In this document: positions 38,827 through 52,844 of the stretch, in pieces
Layout: every line of letters starts with the position of its first letter
How positions within the stretch are numbered: position 1 is the stretch's first letter
Source: Octopus vulgaris
Lineage: Eukaryota
Assembly (NCBI GenBank): GCA_951406725.2
Contig: OX597833.1
Span: 26,350,001-26,414,000 of the forward strand
Reading direction: 5' to 3'
DNA: 64,000 nt
Program-made: the position numbers and the translations under genes
Notes under the pieces: model-generated
Database searches by the model: none
Seen by the model: the letters and a program-made list of their open reading frames with translations, nothing else
What the model was told of the DNA's origin: nothing

Positions 38827-40054
38827 TGATATACACAACACACACATTTCACGTTAGTAACCAGAATGAAGGAATGAGTTCTTAAGTAGTTTTTCCCAGT
38901 AGACATAGAGCATTTCTTTTGTTTCTTGCCGAAAAATCAACATTGAATTTAACGAGAATGCTGCCCATGAAAAATCAATAGCGTTATGTCATTTATCCTT
39001 CGAGCGCTGGTCGAATAGATGCTGATTTTTTTCTTCTTTGCAATAAATCAATGTTACCGAAACAGTTACAAAATTCTATTAAGACATACACGCGTGCGCG
39101 CACATACACACGCGTGCGCGCACATACACACGCGTGCACACTAAAACACATGACTATGTGTATATATATGTATATGTATAAAGGTATATTGTATAGTTTT
39201 TTATAGGTTTGCGTTTACTAAACGTACATTAAGCTTACTGTTTAGTGCCTGACGTTAAGCTACAGTGTCTCGTTAATTGCCGAACAGAGAAGTTCAGTTA
39301 CTTAATCTGAGTTCTTATTTTATATATTTTTTTTTCATTTTTCAAGTTCGTCAGGTGTATTTCCTACTTTACTCAAATACACTTGATGAACTTATGAAAA
39401 CAATCGAAACCAGTCGAATTGTCCCTCAGTCTGTGAACTACCGGAGAATTTCTCAAGTTCAGAGTTACCAGCTAGGAAGTTTCATAATGTCATAATATAT
39501 ATATATGTGTGTGTGTATTTGAGTGTGTGTGTATCTCTGTACCCTGGTACATACACACGTGTGTGTGTGTACACGTGTGTGTGTGTACACGTGTGGGACG
39601 TATTTATGTGTACGTGTATCTGTGTGTGTGTTTGTTAATTACTATGATTCATCGCGTCTGTGCGCTGTTATATAGACAGACAGTGACAGACAGACTGGCA
39701 GACAGATAAGAAGTCAATGAGAGAAGAAAGAGGAGGGAAGGTCACACAGACAGACAGACAGACAGACAGAAACAGATGACAAAAACCAGCCAGCCAATCG
39801 TAGACAGGCATACACAGAAGCAACCAAAGCTGCAAATAAACAGAGAAAAATGATCTTCTTGGCATAGAGAAAACGGAAACTGATCAATGTAGTACGGTGT
39901 ATTGAGAGGAGGAGAAGTATAAAGATCAGAGTAAAGAGAAGAGGATAGGAGGAGGAGGAGATATTAAAAGAAGGTGGAGGAGAGATGCTGCTGCTGCTGC
40001 TGTTACTGCTGCTGATGCTGATGCTCATAATGATGATGATGATGACGATGATGG

Positions 40055-40096
<42 letters not shown>

Positions 40097-40234
40097 CGAT
40101 GATGGGGTTGCCATGAAAGTTCAGGTGATCTGAACACATGATAGCAGGTGAAATAGGAGAGACGAAGGAATGAGTTATTGGAATATCTTTTGGTGCTGGG
40201 TTTAACCTGTTTGTTGTGGTGGTGTTGTCATTGC

Positions 40235-40266
<32 letters not shown>

Positions 40267-40569
40267 GCAATGATGTAATAGCAGTGTGTCGTGGTGGTGG
40301 TGATGGTATGGAAGCGTATGGAACGCTATTGCTGTTGTTAATGCTGTTGCTATAGTAGTTTGTATTTTGGAGGTCTAAAATGTGGCACTGTCTTTGCTTC
40401 TTTCATGTTATTATTTTTGCTGTCGTTGCTTTTATCGCCATTGCTGAAATTGTTGATATCGTTATTTTCATTGCTAATGCTTTCATTGTTATTGCTGTTG
40501 TTTCTGTTACCTCTCTACAAGAGACGGAGAACCTAAGGAAGTTACTAGCTTCAAGCACCTAGATGCTTG

Positions 40570-41340
40570 GATGGAAAGTAACAGAAAGGACTTAGCTGTA
40601 TGGAAGGCAATTTGCTTGGAGTGTCACAAACTGCGTAAAACCTGGAAATCTAAGATGGCGCTTAAATAGAAGGTTTTGTCTCCACGATAAAATCAGTTTT
40701 GTTATACGGTACTGGAACTCAGACTTTAAGGCGGCGAGCTGGCAGAAACGTTAGCATGCCGGGCGTTATGCTTAGCGGTATTTCGTCTGCCGTTACGTTC
40801 TGAATTCAAATTCCGCCGAGGTCGACTTTGCCTTTCATCCTTTCGGGGTCGATAAATTAAGTAACAGTTACGCACTGGGGTCGATATAATCGACTTAATC
40901 CGAATGTCTGTCCTTGTTTGTCCTCTCTATGTTTAGCCCCTTGTGGGTAGTAAAGAAACAGGTACTGAAATTTAGACGCTCACCAAGAAGCTTGAAACAC
41001 AAATAAACAGCTGCTGCACAAGAATGTTAAGAGTGGCTGTGACTGTTACAGGAAGAGCTCATTTAACCAACGAGCAGCTTTATCAAAACCTAAGCGAAGT
41101 CACGGAGAAGATTCAGCAGAGAAGTCAGGCACCCAAAAGAATGTTTGTCAACTGGTCTTGTAGCAGTCATTTGAAGGAAGAATTGACTGGGCCAATAAAC
41201 GTCTAACCTCTGTGGACAACTTGCTTCAGGACAGTGGAATGGTAAAAGTTGACGAATGAAGAACACGGGGTACTGTGATGGATGGCGTGCTCGCATGAAA
41301 TCATTTAAGCGACCGGCTGTACGGCCAAACTAAACTGAAG
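40570..41340 (+). mobile_element. RTE-like LINE 3' fragment interrupted by a SINE
   Basis: Remnants read CHKLRKTWKS, STIKSVLLYG, TLTKKLETQINSCCTRMLRVA and HLTNEQLY, matching the post-RT region of RTE elements. Confidence 0.7.
40727..40960 (+). mobile_element. SINE family B, well preserved, with probable target-site duplication
   Basis: AAGGCGGCGAGCTGGCAGAAACGTTAGC...GCCTTTCATCCTTTCGGGGTCGATAAA, flanked by GGTACTGGAACTCAGAC and GGTACTGAAATTTAGAC. Confidence 0.9.
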
Positions 41341-42479
41341 CTGTGGTCACTGCCGTTGTTTTTATCTATTACTATTGTTATTGCTGCTGCTGCTGGTTCT
41401 GCTATTGTCTGTACTATTGTTTCAGTTGATGCTACTGTTGGTGTTGCTGTTTTCATTGTGATATCAGTAGTAGTCTATTTGTGTGTGATTATTGTTGTTG
41501 CTCTTATTTCCTCCTCATCAAAAGCATTCCTGCAATGACCACCCAGAGTTCTTCCTGCGTGCAAAGAACTCAAGATCGCTTTATCCAGTACACTACTTTC
41601 TAACTCGGTAGTCTTCGATGGTGGCGGTAGTGGTAGTAATGGTGATGATGAGGAGGGGGAGGAAGACAAGAATAACAACGAAGGCAACGAATAATACGAT
41701 CACCACCACGCCGATTACGATGTGCTAGTTGTGTAGATAACGTTGGTGCACATTGTGGTGATGAGGTCAACGATGAAGACGAGGAGGAGTTGAATAAAGA
41801 AGAGGAAGAAAAAAAGAGAAAGTTAGACAGCGAGAATGGAGAGGATAAGGATTTCCAATATCATCATCATTATTACAAACACGTTGATGATTGTTCTCTC
41901 ACTTAAGCAACAATATCAATTACCGCAAAAACGACAAAAATAATATTCAGCTGAGGAGGTTCGTTAGAATATTTATCTCGGTGGCAGTGATGAATTAGCG
42001 ACGAGAAGAAAGTAGATATTTATATACACTCCATCATCATCATCATCACTATCGTCGTCGTAGTTGCCGTCACCGTCGTCATCAACATTATTTTTTTATT
42101 TGTATTTTAGAATCGTTGGACACGAGAAGATAAGACACACGCGACATAGAGATAAATCCATTCATAGCGATAGATTGACTGACGTAAGTACAAACAGAGA
42201 AGGCAAACACGTACAACACACACACAACCACAAACACACATCATCTTCATATATACGTATATACATACATACATATATATATACATACATACATACTTAT
42301 ATATATATATATATATATATATCATTGTTTTCGTGGTGGAAATTCTTCCATCTTATCCTAATGCAACAGGAAATATATATATATATATATAGATAGATAT
42401 AGATATATATATATACGTATATATACATATATATATATACATATATGTATGTATACATACATATATATATTCATATATG

Positions 42480-42557
<78 letters not shown>

Positions 42558-42559
42558 AA

Positions 42560-42947
42560 TCTCTCTCTCTATATATAAACGGCAGTTTGTCTGTGCGTGT
42601 TTCTGTGTCTCTGTTTGCTTGTACCCTCACCCTGACCACGGCTTTCAACCGATTCTGATGAAACTTGACACACACATAGCCCAATGTCATAATTCAAAAC
42701 TAACGCAGCGAAAATTTTGTAAAGTTCCCCCAGTTCTGAAAAAAATCGATAAATTCGACATGGGGTCGAGAATCAGAAACACAAACCACAAACTGTCTAG
42801 GGGACGCAACTCCACCTTTTTAACTCTCAAAAAAAAATTTACCATCATTTTTTTCCATTTCTTGGCTATTTTTTGGCTATAACTCTCTAAAAATGCTTTA
42901 TAGTTTTTTCCCTTACAAACCTGAGCAACGCCGGGCGATACTGTTAG
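42560..42947 (+). mobile_element. Non-autonomous Helitron (chimeric)
   Basis: 5' TC...TATATATAAACGGCAGTTTGTCTG. 3' hairpin CCTGAGCAACGCCGGG then GATACTGTTAG|T. Lies within (TA)n. Confidence 0.8.
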
Positions 42948-42953
42948 TATATA

Positions 42954-43004
<51 letters not shown>

Positions 43005-43280
43005 CTGTGTGTGCGTGCGCGTGCGTGTGTGTGTGTGTATAATGTGGAAAGGCTTCAACAAGTAGGATGCCGCTCGATCAGCTAAGGGAATAAAGATAAC
43101 GTTATAATAAAAAACCACAATTCTTGTTAAGTAGAGGTGCCCGGGTAGCGTGTATTTAGCAACTGTGATTTTTTTTATTATAACACACACACATACACAC
43201 ACACGCACACGCACACGCACGCACACACACACACACATACACACACACACATATATATATATATATAAAGAGAGAGAGGG

Positions 43281-43571
43281 AGCACTCCATCGGTTACGAC
43301 GACGAGGGTACAGCTTGCTCGTGAAATTAACGTTCAACTGGCTGAGCACTCCACAGACACTTGTACCGTTAAAGTACTTCTCAAGGAGATTCAGTCTGAC
43401 ATAGAATGTAACCAGACTGACTCTTTGAAATACAGGTACTATACATTTTTACTGGCTGAGCAACGTGAAATAAAGTGTCTTGCTCAATGACACAACGCGT
43501 AGCCGGGAATTGAACTCACGACCTTACGATCGTGAGCCGAATGCCAGAACCACTAAGCTACGTGCCTTCAC
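43281..43571 (-). mobile_element. SINE family A
   Basis: Minus strand TAGCTTAGTGG (A box)...GAGTTCAATTCCC (B box)...TTGAGCAAGACACTTTATTTCACG...CGTCGTCGTAACCGATGGAGTGC. Confidence 0.82.
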
Positions 43572-43584
43572 ATCTTCTATTTAT

Positions 43585-43780
43585 CTTTTACTTGTTTCAA
43601 TCATTTGACTGCGGCCATGCTGGAGCACCGCCTTTAGTCGAGCAAATCGACCCCAGGACTTATTCTTTGTAAGCCCAGTACTTATTCTATCGGTCTCTTT
43701 TGGCGAACCGCTAAGTGACGGGGACGTAAACACACCAGCATCGATTGTCAAGCAATGCTAGGGGGACAAACACAGACACA

Positions 43781-43853
<73 letters not shown>

Positions 43854-43908
43854 GACAGGCTTCTTTCAGTTTCCGTCTACCAAATTCACTCACAAGGCAT
43901 TGGTCGGC
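43585..43908 (-). mobile_element. SINE family C lacking its head
   Basis: Near-identical to 36222-36435 plus part of the 5' half. Abuts the mini-element fragment 43910-44008. Confidence 0.82.
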
Positions 43909-45009
43909 TACTGAATAATTGTCACATATTATTTTACAGATAAATTCCTCTATTTACATAATATTGAGGTCTCTTTCTTTCTTTTGTTATCTTACCGTTT
44001 TTACCAATATATGTATATATATATATATATATATATTTACATACATATACACACACATGTATATATACATATATGATATGGATATGCATGTATACATGTA
44101 TATATGTAAGCATATATATGTAGGTATGAATACATGTGTGTGAGTGTGTGTGTGTGCGTGTGTGTGTGTACGTATGCGTGTGTGCTTGTGTGTATGTGTG
44201 TGTCTGTTTTTGTGTGTCTGCGTGTGTATAAACATCTTTACGAAAATATATCACGTTTTTGTCGGCTCCCTCTTTTTCACTCTCTATTACCTTTCTTTTT
44301 TCTTCCTCTCTTTGCTTCCCTCCCTTAGTCTGTCTGTATGTCACTAACTCTAGGTAAACACCTCAGATATAGACACAGGCAGTGCGGTCATTTGTGGTTG
44401 TTTACTTCATATTTATGATGACGTCGAAATGGTCAAACACGTGACCGTATAGACAATCTACTTCACATCGTTGACGTTGTTGCTGTTGTTGGTGGTGATA
44501 GTGGTGTTGTTGTTATCATTACTGTTCTTTATACTGATGTTATCTCATAACCGCTACGATGTTGTTTTGTTCTTCTTATTGGCGTCTAGCCCCAGGACAA
44601 AGAAAGTGAAGAAGAGGATGAACAGGAGCATTGGAGATCGTAAGAATCTTTTGAACTTTACAAAGGATTCATTGCGTTACATATTTACTCACGTTTATAT
44701 TTTCGTTTCAAATCCTGCGAAAAAGAGCATTGCTTCTTATGCTCACGTGGCCATTAAAGTAGTAGTCAAGTGCTGTTTTCTATTCAATTCGTAAGGCATG
44801 TGAGTTTGTACAGTAATCTCACAATATTTTATTCTATAACAATTGTAAGACACAATCGCTTGTGCATATTGAGTACGCTGCACGTTCCCTTCAGTTATTT
44901 CTTCTCAGCAATGTTTTTGATAATCATGATGGTTAATGGCACTGTACAATATGTGTGTGTATGTAGATAGGTAGATAAGCATATACATACATATATATAT
45001 ATACTTTCT

Positions 45010-46445
45010 TTAGTTTATTTAAAAACTACTCATTAGAATTCAATGAAATTTTCACAGAATGATGGCAACAGTTATATGTACGTGGTGTGAGATTTTGCTT
45101 AAGAGTAAATTAATTGCGGCCATTTGCATAAATCCAGCGACTTTTCCGTGTTCCAAATTATTAACGAATGACCTGATAATCGTGTAATTATGTGTTGTAA
45201 ATTTGACTTGACTGCTTCAGAGAAATCTGTTATTACTTCCGAACATGAAAAAAGGTAAATCAGCATTAGAAATATCTAAAATAATTGGAAGATATCACCA
45301 AACTGAGAAAATCTTTGTTACAGCTCCTACGAAAGTACGTAAGAGAGAGGGCAAGGGCCAGTCGAGGACTGCTTCTCAACTTTCTCTGTCATGAATTAAA
45401 CGTGAAGGTTTAAAGAACCCAGGTATTATAAGTGAAGAACTTCTCACGCGCAGTAGCCAAACACTCTGTCGAGAACTATCCGATGTCATCTTCTGGAAAA
45501 TGTCGGTAAACTAGTGACATTAGAAACAAAATACACTCAGAATATCGTCTGAGATGGGCAGAAGATAACATGGAGGTCGACGTTTCTAAAGTCTTGCTTA
45601 CGGACGAAACTCGCATTCCCCTTGATGGACCTAATGGGTTATAAATGGACGATATCGTCATCAACGCTTTAGACGCCAAAAAAGGAGGAGGAGGCATCAT
45701 GATTTGAGCAGGCATTATTAGAGGTACTTTGGTTAGTCCTTGGAACGTGTCTGACGGTGCTAATATGATTTGTGGACGCTTATATAGCCTTTCTGAGGGA
45801 GCACATTGAACCTTGGTTAAAACAGGATCATCTTCAAGGCAGCCATAATACTCATGCATGATAATACTCTCTTGCACTCAACGTAGAAAATTACCGAGTA
45901 TCTGCAACAGTTAGGCTTCTGTGGAACTCGGAAGATGAAGTGGCCTGACTGTCCCCAAAACCTAAACCTAAAAGAAATCTTGTGGAGTTTACGAGAATAG
46001 ACGCCAATTTAGAAGTAGGGATGAACTGTAGCAGGCAGTAGTGGATGCATCTCATGGTACAACATCAGACGAGATCTAGAAATTAGCATGTTTCATGGAC
46101 CAGCAGCTTTTCTAACATATTTCAAACAAAGACTCATATATTCTTTATTAACCAGCTTACCTATCATTTTTGAACGCTGTTTGTTTGTTTTTCATGTTCA
46201 TGATTCTGTGTGTTCATTTCAGTATGTACATCAGACAATTACATTTGTATTTTCTTCCTTCCATGAGTTTTAATTACACCCCTCTCATAATTTGAATCAG
46301 TGAAAGTTTACGTAAATTTGATAAATGGCCGTAGTTTCTATGTTGCTTTACTGAACTTCATATTATTTACACATCACACGTATATAACTGTTGCCACCAC
46401 TCTGTGAAAATTTCGTTGAATTCAAACGAGTAGGTAAATAAAATT
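45010..46445 (+). mobile_element. Tc1-like transposon fossil with long (over 120 bp) inverted termini
   Basis: 45010-45135 is an imperfect inverted repeat of 46310-46445. Internal remnants: VLLTDETRIPLDGP, RRQKRGGGIMI, LMHDN and KWPDCPQNLN. Confidence 0.82.
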
Positions 46446-46517
46446 TTAAAAAACGTTACGTTAATAATTTGAAACGCAATGTATACACTCACACAAACAC
46501 ACACACATATATATACA

Positions 46518-46561
<44 letters not shown>

Positions 46562-46946
46562 CATATATGTATATACATGTATGTATACATGTATGTATAC
46601 ATGTATGTATGTATGTATGTATGTATGTATGTATGTATGTATGCATGTATGTATGTATATGTATACATAGTTAAGCTGTATGTGAGAAATTTTCTTCTGT
46701 GTTGAGTGTTAAACTTCTAACACTCACTGAAGAAAAAGAAAAGAAAACACATTCTTTGAACGTCTCCCAGACCAATTATTTTCCAGATATAAGAAGCGTG
46801 TCTCTTTATAAAATGCTTAATTTAATTTAATTGCCTCTGGTCATGTCATCCTGGTGGTTTTTAACAAGAATGAAATGGCACGATACACAGTGATTTAAGA
46901 AAAGAACGTTTAAGATTTCCGTAGCAAGTAAGCGATACAAAATAAC

Positions 46947-46998
<52 letters not shown>

Positions 46999-47009
46999 TC
47001 TGCAGGAAG

Positions 47010-47210
47010 CATACGGCCTCAAATTTGGAGGAGAGGATTAAGCCGATTACCTTGAACCCCCAGTACGTAACTGGTACTTATTTAATCGACGCCCGAAAGA
47101 ATGAAAGGCAAAGTCGACCCGAAGAAATTTGAACACAGAACCTAAACGCAGACGAAATATGGCTAAGCATTTCGCCTGGCATGCTAACGACTCTGCCTGC
47201 TCGCAGCCTT
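47010..47210 (-). mobile_element. SINE family B
   Basis: CTGGTACTTATTTAATCGAC...AAAGGCAAAGTCGAC...GCTAAGCATTTCGCCTGGCATGCTAAC on the plus strand. Confidence 0.82.
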
Positions 47211-47832
47211 AATATTGATAATAATAATAATAATAATAATAATGAAGAAGAGGAGGAGGAGGACGACGACGACGACGACGAGAAGAAGAAGAAGAAGAAG
47301 AAGAAGAAGAAGAAGAAGAAGAAGAAGAAGAAGAAGAAGAAGAAGAAGAAGAAGAAGAAGAATCCGTAATCCACCTATTAATAATATAACGACACTCAGG
47401 GACCTTACTCACTTCAATGATAGCAACCCTAGTAATACCGCTTCTATTACTAGCAACCTGACCACATATAATAGCAGTGACAGCCTCACCCGGCCCAATA
47501 CGACTAATGATCACACATCCAATTCTTGTTTAAAGACAACAGATCATATGATCATAACCAGACCAGAAAAAGAATCCATACTAGGCCCACCGATTGTAGG
47601 AATTGCCGGATCACCCAACTTCCTAGGTTGGATGGTTTTGTTTACGCTATAATGTAGTATATAGTTGCCACGTAATAACACCACCTTTCTCACTAGGTTG
47701 GGATTTACATTGGTGAAACTGTTGGTTGCAAGTGGTAAGACCGGGCTGACATGAATTCGTTTTCAAATCGATCCTGTAGACTCTCTATCTGCAGATCGTA
47801 TTTACGTGCATCACTCTTTCTCTCCCTCTCTG

Positions 47833-47881
<49 letters not shown>

Positions 47882-47887
<6 letters not shown>

Positions 47888-48077
47888 TATATAGAAGGAG
47901 CTTCTACAGGACTAGAACTGTTTCATTCAAGAGAAATCTTCAGGAAGCGCTTCCTGAAGATTTCTCTTGAATGAAACAGTTCTAGTCTGTAAACTCCTTC
48001 TATATAATAAATTAATTTTACTCTGCTATGTATTGAGTACCTTATTTACTGTGGTTAACCCCGAATCAACCGGGACC

Positions 48078-48080
<3 letters not shown>
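47882..48080. mobile_element. (TA)n-embedded palindrome-plus-tail mini-element
   Basis: Perfect 78-bp palindrome at 47910-47987, extending imperfectly to 47882-48012, then a 70-bp tail and (TA)n. Confidence 0.8.
47900..47948 (-). ncRNA. Type I hammerhead ribozyme
   Basis: Minus strand GCTTC-CTGAAGA-TTTCTCTTGAAT-GAAA-CAG-TTCTAGTC-CTG-TA-GAAGC. Stem I 5 bp, stem III ACAG/CTGT, GUA triplet. Stem II is short (TTC/GAA, with U-U at its base). Confidence 0.75.
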
Positions 48081-48128
<48 letters not shown>

Positions 48129-48131
<3 letters not shown>

Positions 48132-48392
48132 CGCAGGCGTGGCTGTGTGGTAAGAAGCTAGCTCCCCAACCACATGGTTTGGTTGACTGAAACTGAGAGA
48201 AACCCGTCGTATATAAATGTGTGTGTCTATGTTTGTCCCCACCCATCGCTTGACAACCGATTTTGGTGTGTTTACCTCCTCTAAGAGACCGATAGAATAA
48301 TTACCAGGCTTACAGCGTATAAGTCCGGGGCCGATTTCTTCGACAAAAGGCCGTGCTCCAACATGGCCGCAGTCAAATGACTGAAAGAATAA
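48129..48392 (+). mobile_element. SINE family C, internally deleted
   Basis: GGCGCAGGCGTGGCTGTGTGGTAAGAAGC head and 3' end ATGGCCGCAGTCAAATGACTGAAA. Confidence 0.82.
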
Positions 48393-49984
48393 AATAATAT
48401 ATATATATAAAGAGAGGGAGAGGGTGAGTGTGACGGATAGAGAGAGAGGGAGTGAAATTGTGAGTTGTCTCAACGAACTGCTCGAATTTGTATTGTTTGG
48501 CGTTGTCCCATCGAAATATTTCCCCCAAAGACAAAATGTTTGGTGAGAAAATAAGACCAGAATCCTTAGATGAATAGATTCACGACGCATTAAACTATTT
48601 GCCCAGGCGTATTTTTAAACGTCAATGACTCTTTTGAATTCTTTTGTGACCCAATTTCAAGCATTCTAGAATTTGACCTCATACTCACCCAAATATAATT
48701 AATAATTTATTCACTGGCGCTACTTTTTTTTATATTATTTATTTATTTATTCATTCATTCATTCATTTATTACTATTTTAAATTTGTTCATAATCTTTAG
48801 TTCTAAAGGTTTCATTGATGTAGAATAAATCCAGGAATATCGGAAATTTCTTTACTAATAAATAAATAAGCAGATAAAAATAAAATTTGACTTTTTAATG
48901 GGGTGGGAAAGTCGAGGATTAGAAGTTGTTTTTTCTAGTTTTCCAGCTATTTTCCTTTGTATGGGGAATAAAAGAAGTCTTTCAAATATTGTTGTATTTT
49001 CATAATAAAAAACATGTGTTTCAAACAACAAAACAAAAAAAAAAACAGAAAACAACTCGAGTTTCCAAAAGAATTGTGGCTGAATGTGAGGGAAGAATCG
49101 ATTTAATTAACGCAGGCATGGCATTTATCTGTGATTCTGGAGTTCGCTTCTGAGTTATGTAAGCATGGGTTCAATCTCAGTGAGCGGCACATAGCCTCGA
49201 GTTCACCAACGAATGAGCCACTGATGTTGAGTAGACTGAATGACAGCAGAGGATGTTTCATGTATGTGTGTGTGCGTGCGTTTGTGCAAGAAAAGGAAGT
49301 AAAAACCGATCTAAATCCGGATTTCTTAAGACTGTGTCCATCCACTTACAATCGCATTCTTGTCAATCTCGCCCCAATAAATGCACTGAGCAAATCGTTA
49401 CTCTGTTGGAAAGCAGTAATTAATTACGCTGTTGCTCATGATTATTAGATATATAAATCATCTAAACTATACATTATTGGTGCACATTTTACCCTTGTTT
49501 ATCATCCGGTGGAACAATTTAATCGATAAGTCAAATTTTGTGGAATTTTAAGGAAGACCATAACTAGTATCAACTAAATACAGCAAGCCATTTTTGTATT
49601 CATATTTTTTCCTTTTTATCTGATGTTCAAACGAACCTGTCAATATTACGTGCCTTAAGCCTCTTCTCAATATTAACTTGTTAAATAATAGCCAGGCTTG
49701 TTTCTTGTCATAAAATGTAAAGTAATATTTTTTATTGTTGCTAAGAACATAATCCTACATTAATCTAATCGAGCTTGTGCATGATCAATGCGTATATATT
49801 AATTCAGAAAGAATGATCAAGAAACTATTTAACAGACGGATACCGTGGGTGGATAAGTTTTCTTCTGTATTCATGGTCAAAACAGTGGCAGAAATAGCAG
49901 TTGTAGCTCTGTGAACTTAGCGACATATTCAATGTCTACGTATATATCTGGTAATGGCTAATACAGTTATAATTGTTCAGAATA

Positions 49985-50190
49985 TTTCAAGTTTTGGCAC
50001 AACGCCAGCAATCTCGGGCAAAGGGATAAGGCGATTAAATTGATTCCAGTACACAACTGGTACGTATTTTAACGAATCCGAAAGGATGAAAGGCAAAGAC
50101 GACCTCAGCGAAATTCGAACTCAGAACGTAAAAGGGACGGAATGCCGCTAAGCATTTTTCCCGGTGTGCTAACGATCCTGCCAGCTCGCA
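49985..50190 (-). mobile_element. SINE family B
   Basis: CGAAAGGATGAAAGGCAAAG...GAACTCAGAACGTAA...GCCAGCTCGC on the plus strand. Confidence 0.8.
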
Positions 50191-50226
50191 GACTAATTCT
50201 TCAGAAAATCAAACAAACATTACAAT

Positions 50227-50296
<70 letters not shown>

Positions 50297-50501
50297 TGTG
50301 TGTGAGGTTGCGTCTATATCTACACCCACCACCGCTTGACAACCGGTGTTAACATATTTAGGTGCCCGTAATTTAGTATTTCAGCAAAACATTACCAGCC
50401 GAACAACAGTGAAATAGTTGCTGACATCGCTCGTGATGTTCTTATTATTCATATCGTCGTATTTTGATTTTGCACCTAATACTGTTGTGGTAATTTTCGC
50501 T

Positions 50502-50535
<34 letters not shown>

Positions 50536-51084
50536 CTCCACATCCAAGTGGAAAATTTATCTTTGAAGGATTAAATCTACCTTCGTACATTACTACTAGT
50601 ATATTAAGCCAACAAAGGGTGCCTGGATTCGTTTGGCTTGCAATAGAAAATTAAGCTAAAGTTTCACCCAAATCATATCGAGACACCTTAAAGAAAAGTA
50701 AGAAAATATTCAGACATGCAATTTACATATAAAACAGGATGATAAAGGCTGGAATCTGTTTGAATATGGATTTGCAGATCTACCTCTACAACACCGAACA
50801 ATAACGACATTAGCATTTGGATCTCAAATTGAGACGGGTGAGATACAAATCTACCTCAGCTAAGGTTTCAACATATATAGAGAGATGTAAGGCACAACCG
50901 GATGTTTAAGGAGCTTATTTCTTAATCCCATATTATCGATTCCGTTGCGTGCTCACTTGGGCAAATTTCTTCAACCATAGCCTCCGAATGTATATTTTGT
51001 TGGATTAATAATTATGCATTAAATATTTTCTTCACTTTAAGACTTATCGTTGAGTACTTTACTTTAAGTGGCTGGAGCAACACC

Positions 51085-51131
<47 letters not shown>

Positions 51132-52077
51132 ATGACTTATGGTTGTAAACTTTTAGATTTTATTAATGTTTTAATGTAAAGAGTTGCACAGGTGTATAAC
51201 CTTTCCATAGGATTGCTCAGGAAGACGGGAATAGTAAGTGGCATCCGACAATAAGAAGCAGAGGTGCTGTTGAGAGGGGATGCCGAGGCATTTGCTAAAA
51301 GCAAACGAATACACACACACACACATACACACACACGCACACATAATACATCATACATACATACATACATACATACATACATACATACAGATACATATAT
51401 ATGAAGTGGTTGATGTGTGTATACGTGTATTTTGTTTAACCAAATCCGTTGATAAATAGTGTAAAAACTTGCAGTTTTTACTTTTAATGAGTCCACCATG
51501 ATCCTTTGTAATGGTAAACACATGAGTTGGATGTGGGGGACGCAAAATGTATATACACATCAGATAAAACCGATGAACTAGAGTGTCGAATGAAAATAAA
51601 AGGTGGTATTTTTGCTGTTCGTGAGATGCAGAAGATACTGTATTGTTACAATTGGCATCAGAAATGCAGCCAGCTAGTGGTTTACAACTTATTATTGACG
51701 TAAACAGATTTAATACAGAAATCTTTTTAGAAGGCGGACATCATTTTCAGCGTGTAGGATTGTTGATTCTATATAAGTACACAAGCTCGTTATTAAGGGG
51801 CTCCTGTATGGATTTAAGTCCACGCTAGATAGGAAGCATGATAAAACAATATTTAATTAAAAGAATTAAGGAGGCGATCGGTATGTTTGTTTCATTAACT
51901 TTTTATCTTGTGTGGAGTGTTAGTTTAGTTGGTAAATGTGCTTCACATATTTCAGTCCTTATTTCACACTCTCTTTTCATCTTCCTTTTCTCTCTCCCTC
52001 ACCCTCTCTCTCTCTCTTTCTCATTCCCAGAGTCTTTTTCTATCTCCTTCCACACTCATACACACAAATACATACAT

Positions 52078-52110
<33 letters not shown>

Positions 52111-52264
52111 TGCGTGCGCACGTGCGTATTTGTGTGCATGCATATCTGCACATATATACACATATATATATATAAATGTAAATGTTTGTGTATGTGTATC
52201 GTTATATATATATATTCACACATACACGCGCGCGCACACACACGCACAAGCACACACATACACG

Positions 52265-52301
<37 letters not shown>

Positions 52302-52844
52302 ACACACACACACACACACCCCACACACACACACAATAGTAAAGGTTCTTATATAGCAGTATTGTATTACCAAGATTATCTCCCTTCCCGGTCGATATTT
52401 TTCAATAAAGGTAACACTGAATTGCTTCCCTTCTTTCACTCTGTAACATTAAGGAGGGCAACTCGAAATCTGTTACATTTATCTGTCGGATTCAGCATAA
52501 AAAGTAAACCAAAAGCTGCAGTATTCTGTGAAGAGACTGAGTAAATACTGGTTTAACCAGAGATGGGCAATTGGTTGGCAGTTCAAGTTCTCCCAGTTAC
52601 ACTCGACTTAAATAATATCAACTGTCTTTCCAACTTAAGTATATGTAAGCATACTTATAAATAACAAAATGTTGCATAATTTATTGTTCTGTTTCCATTA
52701 CTATGCTACTTAACTCTCTACAACTTGCCAAGCTATAAGTAGCTATCACAGTGTGGTATGTTATAGTCCTCTGTACTATCTGTAGACAAAGTACTTCACT
52801 TTCAACACTCACATATCTGTTTAGGTGCAAGCAGGTAACACATA

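Noticed and set aside
42650-42670. CTGATGAAAC in the Helitron body (also CTGAAGA at about 3572 and 15442)
   Set aside because: No flanking stems compatible with a hammerhead. Chance core-like heptamers.
47215-47652. 145-aa ORF with a Ser/Thr/Asn-rich C-terminal half
   Set aside because: It starts in trinucleotide repeats, the remainder resembles decayed repeats, and there is no domain or splice support.
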